Positions 26,695 through 38,064 of a stretch of DNA of 64,000 nt are shown one piece after another; the first letter of the stretch is position 1; each line of letters begins with the position of its first letter. Under the pieces are notes generated by a model that saw nothing but the letters and a program-made list of their open reading frames with translations, had not been told where the DNA came from and searched no databases. A program made the position numbers and the translations under genes. Origin of the DNA: Eledone cirrhosa (Eukaryota); contig OZ024745.1 of assembly GCA_964016885.1 (NCBI GenBank), forward strand, positions 44,330,001 to 44,394,000, written 5' to 3'.

Positions 26695-28099
26695 AATCTT
26701 AGAAGCAAACACATGCTATTTTTCTTCCAATCAATGCAATCATGAGGCCCTGGGTTCAATCCCACTGTATAGCATCTAGAGCAAGTGTTATTTACCACTG
26801 CCTTGAGTCAACCAATGCCTTGTGAGTGAAATTGGATAGATGAAAACTGTTTGAAACCCATCAAATGGACTGTGCCTGCCATTCAAAGAACCAGCTTTGT
26901 AAACCAAAATGACCTTAAAATGCTTCTTGTGATGTTATATAGTCAGTTTTTTTTTTGTTTTTTTTTACATTAAATTGTTTTACTTTTAATTTGGTTGATA
27001 GAGAACGAATCATGAGAAGAAAGAATAGATAAGACGAAATAAAAAGACTGAGAGATAAACATACATATCTTTCTTCTTTTTTTTTACTATAAATAAAAGG
27101 AAAGAGGAAAACATTTTGTTGGGCTGGGGTGTTGCGTTCAAGCCCTTCATTCTAAAGTATATATAGAGAGAAAGAATAATAAAGAAGGGATGCAAGCACA
27201 AGAGATAATCATACCTCTCTGTATTTTCTTTAGAGATAGGAATAAAGAGTTATTTTCTTATCTTTTTATAGATAAGATGAATAAGTTACTTACAAACATA
27301 ATACTTTCATTCTAAATAGAGTTGAGAGAGGTTGAGATAAGGTAAAATATGTATAATATTGGATTTATGTACTCTATGTATAGAGTACAGCTCAGATTAG
27401 AGTTTTCTTCGCCTACTTATTCCTGAAATGGTTGTTGGGGCAGGGACATCTCAGGCACATCTTCCAGAGGATTCTATTAGAAGCAATCATTTCCAAATGA
27501 TCTGGCTGGAAACCCTAAACGAGACCAACTGAGTTCATGGATGTTATCCAATGATCTTCCTTTGTAAATCTTTTTTATTGTAGAACTTCACTATTTTTCT
27601 TTGCCTTCCATCTGTTGTATGATTTTAATATTTTCTTATCTGTGGCCATTCTACAGCTGTATTCATAATTGTATCAATACTATCACCTTATGAGATTTCT
27701 CGTCTTTCACTATAAAAACCTACTTTCACTGTATCTAAACAAATATAAAGAGATATATACCTATCTTTTAGTCTTTTTATCTCTTCTTATCCCTTCCCTT
27801 CTTTTTCTTTCTACTCAGCAGGATTTGAACTCGGAGCATATAAATGTATATATACATCTATAAAAATTAATAAAAGCTGAGTGAGTTGTAATTGTAAACA
27901 ACAACATACATTTTAAAGTCATCTTCCCTGCTAAAGTAGAGGTTAGTCTTGTAAACCCTATGACAAACTTCAGACTTATCAGGGGTTCCTTCCTCAGGCA
28001 ATGTTTTATGGTCAGATGACAATCCTGGGGCCAACCCTTTTAATCACCTCTTACAACATGCTGAAATATGGTGTAGCTATTCTCACACTTGGAATTCGC

Positions 28100-28310
28100 A
28101 TCATCAGTCTGGAAGTCCTATCTTGCTCAGAACATTGACCTCCTGGAAACTGTTCAGAGACGTGCAACCAAGCGCATACCCTCCATCAGACACCTACCAT
28201 ACTCTGAACGCCTTGCTTCCCTGAGCATGGATTCATACACTTTTGATGAGTTGTAGTGCACCTGAGCACTGTACACAATATTTTCATTATTATTATTATT
28301 ATTATTATTA
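28100..28310 (+). mobile_element. CR1 LINE 3' fragment with internal deletion
   Basis: LETVQRRATKRIPSIRHLPYSERLASL followed by 3' UTR and (ATT)n tail. Confidence 0.8.
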
Positions 28311-28311
28311 A

Positions 28312-28506
28312 GTGGGGCGGGGGATTGGCAGTATCGGTAGAGGGTCGGACGCCATGCTTTGCAGCACAGTTACGTCCCTTTACGGACTGAGTTCAAATCC
28401 CGCTGAGGTTAACTTTGCATTTCATCCTTACGGGGTCGATAAAATAAAGTACCAGTAATACACTGGGATAATTGCTGGCCTTGTGCCAAGGGTAGAAACA
28501 ATTATT
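28312..28506 (+). mobile_element. SINE family A inserted at the CR1 (ATT)n tail
   Basis: Full consensus; TSD ATTATTAAGTGG. Confidence 0.87.
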
Positions 28507-30268
28507 AAGTGGATATACACAAGAGTACAAGGTAAAGGCACTTATTGGTGTATTTTTATACAATTAACTGCTTAATCAGAACTGAACTGAGACTAAACAA
28601 CAATAATTATTAATTATTCAAAAGAATACAGCATGTGAAATTACTGCAATACTGGGACAAATAGCAGCTTCACATTACAAATGCACATTACATACATCAA
28701 AACAATTTCCTTCATTGTACGGAATACCTAAAGACTTCAAGTGAAAAGAAATTGATTGACCAATTAGTGATGCTAAATATAAAAAGCAAAAACCAACAAA
28801 ATGGACTCCAAGATATACAACAAAGATTGCACAAAAAATATAGAAGTCAGCATTGACATTGTTTCACTATATTCATAACCCTTAAGCATTTACATTACTT
28901 TATATTTATTGTATTTTCACAGTAAAGGATTTATCTCACATAATATAGAATCTATGAGATTTTGATATTATTTCTTTTGAGAACAATACCTTAACATCAG
29001 TATGAGTGGCTGGTTACAGCCGGTTTGAATAGAAAGAGGTGAGAGAATTCTGGCCAGATATAGCCCATTTAAATGCTAAAGGGTTAATCATGGTGGTTAA
29101 AACAAAGACTTAAAACTAAATATAATGACTGGAAGAAAATACTTTCAGGTGCCTGCTACATGAAGAATAATTAGTAAAGTAGGTTTTTGACATATTTAAT
29201 GTAGTGAGCCAAGATATTTTAATTAATTAACATTATACCTATAATGAGAAAAACGATCACAACTATGAAAGGCAAGGGAGACAACCCCCGGAATTTAAAT
29301 TCAATTGAACTTTTACAAAGTGTCTGCCAATGGGCTTTTTCTTATTATCATCTCTCATTTCTTACATTAGAAGCTTCCTGTCAGATCACACTAATGTAAT
29401 AGTTGCTGGCTGAGCTCTCTCCAGCCCACACTCTAGCAACTCTAGTTATGTTTCCCAGTAACATCCTTCTGTTTATAAACAAACCAGTTGCTGTCACCTC
29501 TTACATGGCTTACTCTCTCTCAGTTGATACCACTCATCACCCCTGCCACAGGGCTGGATTAAACATTAAGCAAAATAAGCACATGCTTAGGGCATCAATG
29601 GTAGAAGGACACCATTTTAGTCAAATTAAGTGTATTTGTCATTCCAAATTCTGCAGGCTTTATATATAGAGGTGGGGGTGGGGCATGATAATCTTATAAG
29701 TGTTTAGGGTCTCAAAAGAGCACACACCCTGAAACCTAGACAACTCACATCAAAATACGCTAGTGAAGATATGGATACCTTGTCCCTTTCAACAACATAG
29801 TGACTAACTACTATTCAACTGACTGATAGTAACCATCTGTATGTAGATATGTAGATATGTGAAGGTATATGGCTTAGTGGTTCGTGTTTGGCTTGCAATT
29901 GTAAGATCATGGGTTTGATTCCTAGCAGTGCATTGTGCTCTTGAGCAAGGCACTTTATTTCATGTTTCTCCAGTCCACAAAGCTGGCAAAGCATTAGTTG
30001 TACTTGTAATTCAAAGGGCCAGCCTTGTAACATCCTATGACATGCTGAATATCCCTGAGAATTACGTTAGGGGTAGATGTATCTGTTCTGTTGATCAAAT
30101 CAACTAGAACACTCATCGTTGAGACCAATATGTTTGATCTAAATTTTCAAAGTTTCAAACTACTTTTAAAACATTTGTTTGTAAAAAGCACTGGGCAACC
30201 ATTTTTATTCAAACATTATTTCTTTTCCATCTATAAAGCAAATTTTACATCCTCCACACATATATAAC

Positions 30269-30316
<48 letters not shown>

Positions 30317-30860
30317 CATACATACATACCATGCACACACACATACAAATGCATGTACTCAGATATTTACACACACATGCACACACACACACACAGACAC
30401 CCCCACACACACATGTACACAGACACACACTACCCCATATACACACAACACACACGCAATGAGCTAATTGAATATAAATAAACTTCAAATTCCTTGATTC
30501 TCACAGTCTGATGATTCTCTAGTAAGATAAAACTGATCTGTCACTGTGAGAAATTGTAGCTTCAATTTCCTCAATAAAATATTAATGCTCTATACATGTA
30601 CCAAGTTATATTTCTCTTACAGATAGCCACTAATGTTATATATAAGTGTGTCAGTTTATAAATACATTTATAAACGGTTTATTGCAGGTGTGGGTTCATA
30701 TCTCACAAGCAGTGCTGTACAAATATTTTCCATCTCCGGGGATTTTTTACCCAACTTCTTAGTCTATTTTTTATAGTCAAACACATTAAAGCTACTTAGT
30801 TTAAAATTCAAAATTTCCTATTGGCTTAATTTATTTATGTATATATGTATATATATAAAT

Positions 30861-31275
30861 ATAATTGTTTCTACTTTTGGCACGAGACCAGCAATTACCC
30901 AGTGTATTACTGGTACTTTATTTTATCGACCCCGTAAGGATGAAAGGCAAAGTTAACCTCGGCGGGATTTGAACTCAGAATGGCAAGGGCCGTAACTCTG
31001 TGTGTCAAAGCATGGCGTCCGACCCTCTACCGATACTGCCAATCCACCGCCCTTTATATATATATAAATATAATGGTTTTTGATATAAGCACAAGCCCAA
31101 CAATTTTGGGTGTAAGAAAGTCGATTAAATCAACCCCAGTGCATTACTGGTAGTTTATTTTATCGACCTCCGTAAAGATGATAGTCAAAGCTAACCTCGA
31201 CAGGATTTGAATTAAGAACATAAAAGGACATAACTATATGCCACAAAGCATGTTGTCTGACACTCTACTGATACA
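30861..31275 (-). mobile_element. Two adjacent SINE family A copies
   Basis: Consensus match; the first has TSD TATATATATAAATATAAT. Confidence 0.82.
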
Positions 31276-31730
31276 TATAAATATAATAAAAACTCTGCCA
31301 TAGACTGCCCTAAACCAGTTTGAGAAAGGAAGAAGGCTGAATGTCAGGCCAGTAACCTCACTTCATAAAAAGATACCATACTACAGAAACCCCAACAAAA
31401 AGTGCTATTTGCTATACATAAGGTAGCATGGTATGGTAAATATAACAAATCCAGGAATTCTGAAAGAATTTAAGATATTTTTTATTTGTCATAAATTTTT
31501 TTAGAATTCATGGATTTATTACTTAAATACTCTGTGTAGTAGCACTTGCACAATAATCTGGATTTATTTAATCAATGGATTTCACCTTGGATGGATCTGT
31601 TTGTTCTATTTGCTGATTGTTGAAAATTCTTGGTACAACTTTACCAATTTTATTTTTCAACTAATTACTCTTGTTATGTATAAATATATGAATATGTATA
31701 TAGAAATATATATATTTGTATATACATATG

Positions 31731-31791
<61 letters not shown>

Positions 31792-31793
<2 letters not shown>

Positions 31794-31998
31794 AGAAAAA
31801 AAGATGAAATCGAAAATGCAACTGGAGTCTTATTTTTAAAAAAATATATATATATATTTGGTTCCTTTACCGGTTTCGCAGTTCTTCTGCTTTTCAAAAG
31901 CAGAAGAACTGCGAAACCGGTAAAGGAACCAAATATATATATATATATTTTTTTAAATAAGACTCCAGTTGCATTTTCGATTTCATCTTTTTTTCTTT
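31792..31998. repeat. 207-bp near-perfect palindrome (103-bp arms, 1-nt loop at 31895)
   Basis: Arms are reverse complements except for T-run and (TA)n length differences. Confidence 0.95.
31864..31900 (-). ncRNA. Minimal type I hammerhead ribozyme motif, U3-A8 variant (Penelope-like)
   Basis: CTT-TTGAAAA-GCAG(aagaa)CTGC-GAA-ACCGGT-A-AAG: core, stem II, palindromic stem III, 3-bp stem I. Confidence 0.65.
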
Positions 31999-32067
31999 AC
32001 ACTTTCACTCGTGTAGGACACCTCGGTTATTTTTCATTTTGTAAAAAAAAAACCTCACTTTCTAATA

Positions 32068-32400
32068 TATGGCTTAGTAGTTAGAGCATTGGCCTTGCAA
32101 TCAAAAGGTTGTGAGTTCAATTCTCAGACCGGGTGATGTGTTGTTTCCTTGAGCAAGACACTTTATTTCACATTGCTCCAGTTTACTCAGCTGTAGAAAT
32201 GAGATGATAGGGACTGAGGTCCATATCATTCCACTGCAAAGTGGTCGTGCCACGGCAAAAAAGCACCCAGCACTCACTGTAAATGAGGTTGGTGTTAGGA
32301 AGGGCATCCAGCTGTAGAAATCAAGCCAGAATCAGTTCCCGTCCCACCCTTGCAAGCAGGGAAAAGTGGACGTAAAATGAAATGATGATGATGATGATGA
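32068..32400 (+). mobile_element. SINE family B
   Basis: Near-identical to 13311-13650. Confidence 0.87.
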
Positions 32401-32406
32401 TATATA

Positions 32407-32446
<40 letters not shown>

Positions 32447-32754
32447 TTTCTGATTTAGGCTCATGGCCAACAATTTTGGTGGGAAGGGAATATCAATTAA
32501 ATCAACCCCAGTGCATTACTGGTAATTTATATTGATATATTGATCAAACAACTGGAACCACTGACAGAGGTCCATCTCTTTCTGTTTCTGTTCTAATTGG
32601 CACCTGTTACAATATCCTAATGATATGGTATACCATCCAACTGTAGGTCACAGGATGTCAAGAGGAAACTATCAAATGGAAGAACAAATACACTTTATAG
32701 TTTTATTGTACTTCCTGATTTTCTTCAAATTTTGTGTCATAGATTAAAGTATTT

Positions 32755-33041
32755 TTATTGTCCTTCAGTGAAGTGTGTGAAAATGACCAGCCTAATCTTT
32801 TCTTTCCAGAAACAAAAAAACTTTTGTCCATCCCTCCATCTGTAAGGCTTGCAGCTATGGAGTTGCCTGTATAAGTGATCATGTTTATCTGAAGGAAGTT
32901 CAAACTTCTCAATATCCTGTTAGAGAAAAAAAAATTACAAACCATCAATTGTTCCATATATCTTCAGTCACCTCCAGGACATTTTATCTGGGTTTATGAA
33001 GTGCAACATGACCTCCATACTACATAAGTCACTTTGGTTAA
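32755..33041 (-). pseudogene. Putative TIR-domain C-terminal relic
   Basis: After a polypyrimidine-AG: DIEKFELPSDKHDHLYRQLHSCKPYRWRDGQKFFCFWKEKIRLVIF*. Upstream is a frameshifted QSDLCSMEVM/ALHK..VLE segment. Confidence 0.45.
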
Positions 33042-33196
33042 CTGAAATTGTAAGACATTCTTGAGCCTAGAGGCTCAACAAGCTAGAACTTATCCCAGTT
33101 TTATGTTAACCTTTTCATTACCTCATATTTCTAATTAAACACCTCCTCCTCCTCCTCCTCCTTCTTCTTCTTCTTCTTCTTCTTCTTCTTCTTCTT

Positions 33197-33228
<32 letters not shown>

Positions 33229-33818
33229 AATTGTGAGACCAGCATCTTAACCACTAGGCCACACAACTTCACTATAATAGAGGAGGAAGAGGAGGGTAAA
33301 TTTCCTGTTTTATAATATATTTTAACACAGACACTTTTAATATTTGAAAATGTATTAGAGCTAGATTTTAATAAATATGTTAGCCAGCCTGTTTTTATTT
33401 TTTATTATTATTTTACCAGAATTAGTCATTGATAATTATGATTTGTTTCATCACTAAAGGGATAATTCTATTTAATTAAAATTTCTTAGCTTACTATATC
33501 ATGTGTGCTAGCACACACTTTACTATTGGGTTTTCATGCAGCAGGTGTCCCTAACTATTTTTTCATCTATCACATGACACCAATAATCAAACCTAGCACT
33601 TGAATCTAATAACAAGCCTGATAGAAATGGTTTAAGGACTCAGAACAAAAGATCATTCTCAGAGTATTTTCAGATAATCTGGTACCCATTATTAAGGTGA
33701 ACAGAAATGGTTTAGGGATTCAGATCTAAGGAACATTGTCACATGATCTGGTACCTAATACCAATAGCAAACTGAACAGAAATGGTTTAGGGACTTAGAT
33801 TTGAAGATCAATGCCACC

Positions 33819-34073
33819 AGAGTTGCTGAAGCATGGAACAAACTACCTGCATCAGTTGTTAGCTGTCGAGACACTGCATCCTTTAAGGCCTCCATGCTTC
33901 CCGTGATTCGCCAACACTACACCTAATGTTCCTCCTCCATACACATACACACATGTATATCATGACTCATACACTATTCACTTCCCTGACATTTGTATAT
34001 TATTCTATGTACTATACATGCACCTTTGACAAGTTGTAGTGCACCTGAGCACTTTACACAATAATTTCATTAT
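33819..34073 (+). mobile_element. CR1 LINE 3' end
   Basis: RVAEAWNKLPASVVSCRDTASFK; same 3' terminal sequence as 28240-28290. Confidence 0.8.
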
Positions 34074-35894
34074 ATATACATGATCTGGTACCTATTACTA
34101 ATAGCTACGTAAGCTGAAATAATGTGCATAGAAGGGAGTATTGGAGTAAAAAAAAAAAAAAAATTTTACAACTCAAAATAATTTTTTATTGACTTCTTCA
34201 CATATATATGAAATCTGAACATAAATTTTGAGATTTATATGTTCAACATTCAAAATGCTTACATTCTACTCACATTATTGTCATCATGTTAATGTTAGCA
34301 TGGATTGGGTGGGTCTGCCATACAGCATGTTGCCACTCCTCTTCATCCTTTCTTGTTTCATATGTGAAGTCTGAGATCATCTGAGATATAACTTTATCAC
34401 TTCTTACCATGTTATTCATTAACTTCTTTGCCATGGAATTTTCTTATCCAGTAATCATCAATCATTTAAATCAAGTTCATACTATTGCAATTGCTTCCTT
34501 TGCATTTTTAGCAGGAATTTTGGTTGTTGAAGTGATGCACGTGTTGATTGGTGTGGGAAAAGTGATCAAGACTAACAATGAAACGAAACTGCTAATTTAG
34601 ATATTTTCATTTCTGCCATGGAATACAACAAAACCATGTAATAAAATATAACACAACTGGAATGCATAAAATGTTTGATATAGCTGAGAGTATTTTGACA
34701 ACACATTGCAAAATGTAGTGTTCCTTGATAAGAGTTTTTTGTTGTGATGTGTTGGAATTTGTGAGTGAATGTGTAATATGAGTGGGTGATGTGGTTTGAG
34801 AAATGTGTTCACATTAGGCAAGGGAGTGGAAGAGCGAGTAAATGTGGAGATGTTGGTTGAGATAAGATATCACCTTGGTGAGTTCCATGCCATGACTTAG
34901 CTGTGATAGGACTGACTATTACAGTGACTGCTACAGCTGAAGTTTCCTGTCCAGTGTCTGAAAGGGAACAGAGCAAGTGCAAACAGAACAGAGAGCAAAG
35001 CTGGGCTTATACAAGCTTAAACATTCGTAGGTTTTATTATAGCTGTTTCTGGTGATGACATTATAGCTATTTTAACCTGCATTTTATACTCCTATGATAG
35101 TTTCGCTGCACGTTCATCAGTTGATATCTTTAATGCTTAATCACCCTCTTGGCTCACTTGTGCTCTGTCTTTCATGTAGGTTAACATTATACATATAATG
35201 GCTCATATGCACACTAGCATTCCTCGCTAAAATGTATAGATATTTCCTTTTCAGTGCCATGTGTAACAATTAGTAACAACATTTTTAAACACTCTATCAT
35301 TTGAACAGAAAAAGAAACTCTTTGTTGTTAGCAATGCTTGGAACTTCTTCAATATCTTCCTTGATCTGGATACTATGCTTTCATTACAGCCACCTCTAGA
35401 CTATTTAAACTGGGAGATCTTTTATATTTTCCTCACTCTGGATTTTATGCTTTTTCTACACCCACCTCTATTACTATTTAGATAACTTAGTGTGGAGAAA
35501 ATATCAGTTTCATTTAATGAGTCATTTCAATAGTGCACAGACTGTTTCATGGTTTCCTCTGCAACTAACTACTCTTGCACATCTTTTGAAGTCATGCTGA
35601 GCAGTCTTTTACATTACGCACAAGGAATAATGATGATGGTGACGATGATGATGACGATGATGATGACAATGATGGTGATGATGATGATGGTGATGATGTC
35701 GATGATGATGATTAACTTCCTGGCAATATTTCTGTGCGCAAACTTTTGGAAGCCAAAGCAAATTGATCTTAACTGATATTAATTAAGATAATTAGCAAAT
35801 AAGAGCTTAAAAATACTCCAAGAAATTATTTCATTGATTTGTTTAGATGACTAAGATTTGGTTAGAAAACTGTTTATCATTATGTTGATTTGAT

Positions 35895-36840
35895 GATAAT
35901 GGTTTCTAATTTAGGCACAAGGCCAGCAATTTGGGGGGAGGGATGAAGGAAAGTCAGGAAAGTTGATTATATAGACCCCCCAGTACACTAAAAGTACTTT
36001 ATTTTATTAACCCCAGTAGGATGAAAGGCAAATTGACCTCAATAGCATTTGAAACGAGAATGTAGAGGCTTATAAGGGAATATTACAACACATTTCAACC
36101 AACTTACTTATGATTCTGCCAATCTGCCACCCTTGTATTGGTAAATAATGGTTTCTGATTTAGGCACAAGGCCAGCAATTTTAGGGAAGGGGGAAATTCA
36201 ATTAAATTGATCCCAGTGTATGACTGATACTTTATTTTATCAACCCCTTAAAAACAAAAGGCAAAGCTAACTCTGTTGAATTTGAGCTCAGAACATAAAG
36301 GGGCGTAACTATATGCTGCAAAGCATGTTGTCTGAGGCTCTACTGATACTGCCAATCCACCACCCTAGTATTGGTAAATTATTGTTTCTACTTTAGGTAC
36401 AAAGCCAGTAATTTGAAGGGGAGGGAAAAGTCGATTAATTGACCCCAGTGCATTACTGGTGCTTTATTTTATCGACCCTGTATTGGTAAATAGAAACAAT
36501 TATTGATATAATACTTTCAAAATCACATTAATATCATTTTAAATTACAAATAGCTTAAAATATTAAGTATTTATAAGAAAATTTATGATAAAATAAAGTT
36601 GAGGTTTGTGAGAAAAGTAACAGAAGTTATGATAGCAACAGTTGGTGTCATGTGTGTAAATAATTGTTTCTACTTTAGGCACAAGGCCAGCAATTACCCA
36701 GTACATTACTGGTACTTTATTTTATCGACCCCGTAAGGATGAAAGGCAAAGTCAACCTCGGCGGGATTTGAACTCAGATCGTAAAGGGACGTAACTATGC
36801 TGGAAAGCATGGCGTCCGACCCTCTACCGATACTGCCAAT
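35895..36840 (-). mobile_element. Cluster of 4-5 head-to-tail SINE family A copies of differing ages
   Basis: Repeated GTTTCTA..TTAGGCACAAGGCCAGCAATT ends; the young copy at 36661-36840 has TSD TGTGTAAATAAT. Confidence 0.8.
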
Positions 36841-37395
36841 GTGTAAATAATAGTAAACTATTTAATATAACAAAATAACGATAAGAGCGGGGTGGGTGTG
36901 GGTGGTTGGACAAATTTGGAAAAATTGATAAGCAGGGGGTAGGGGGTATGGGGCAATTATTTGAGAGTACATAAAAATCATGAGAACAAAATAAAATAAA
37001 ATTGAATATAAGAAGGTAAAAACTATGTATTATTCCTCGGACATAATCTCACCTATCACCAGAATAATCTTATTAAATTTAGACTTTGCATATGATAAAA
37101 CTTTTATAACCACCTTTCTTAAATAAACTTGTTAGTTGGTTTGGTTACAACATTTGTTTGTTTATTGCTATGTTACCTAGCAACAAACAAGAAATTGTTC
37201 TCAAAATAGTTGAAATGTTAATTGATACAGTAACAACTATTATTGTTATTATTCTCATTGAATCTCTCTATCTTTTGCTTTTGGAGATTTAATAAAGAAA
37301 AGGGAAAATTCTTTATGAAAGTTAAATTATGTGTGTATGCATATATGTGTGTATGTATGTATGTATGTATGTATGTATGTATGTATGTATTTATG

Positions 37396-38004
37396 TCAGG
37401 TCACCAGTTGGTGCTACTGGTAACATGTATCCCAGTACAACCTGTCTCATGGTCGGGTCGTTGGCGACTAAACTGGCAACCCCCACCAAGGTTTCCTTGG
37501 TGAGGAGGGTGACTTTGGACATCCTACAGGACTAAAAACAAAACCTGTCAAAGGACAAAGGAGCTCTTAAGAGTCAATGGCCATCCAAAATCACCGGGAG
37601 AGATGACCCCTTAGCCTTTGTCAAGGCAGAATTCTAGGAGAAGGAAAACTCTGATATAACACCTGCAACTCTGATGGTATCCAATGATGTTGACTTGTTC
37701 TTCTTTTTGGTAAATATCATCTTGGTTAAGAGAGTGGGACTGGCTTTGTGCAGTGCCTTTACTCACTATAAAAGCTTCACGGCACAGGCATTGCTTTATA
37801 TCTGGAGATCTATCTGCACTTGTCGTCACATGGTACCATGGGCCCAGCACTATGTGTCAATGGTTGTCACAAGTATAGTGTTTGTACCAGAGTTTTCAAG
37901 TCGCTGGCTGGACTAAAAAGTCACACTCGTTCAGCGCATCGGTAGGGGTTCTCCTGCATGGATATAAAGTAGTGGCCATACTCGAAAACGAGTTGGCAGC
38001 CACC
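37396..38004 (+). mobile_element. Unclassified ~610-bp non-autonomous retroposon-like element in (TATG)n
   Basis: Partial inverted copy at 50379-50744; multiple hairpins; no long ORF; orientation inferred. Confidence 0.6.
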
Positions 38005-38064
38005 ATGTATGTATGTATGAGTGTGTGTATGTATGTATGCATGTATGTGTGTATGTATGTATGT

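Noticed and set aside
34270-34470. DDYWIRKF segment as a TIR N-terminal box
   Set aside because: It aligns better with the RTE C-terminus and 3' tail.
35549-35776. Poly-Met ORF and the many YI/CV/HT-repeat ORFs
   Set aside because: Translations of (GAT)n, (TA)n, (CA)n and (TATG)n microsatellites.
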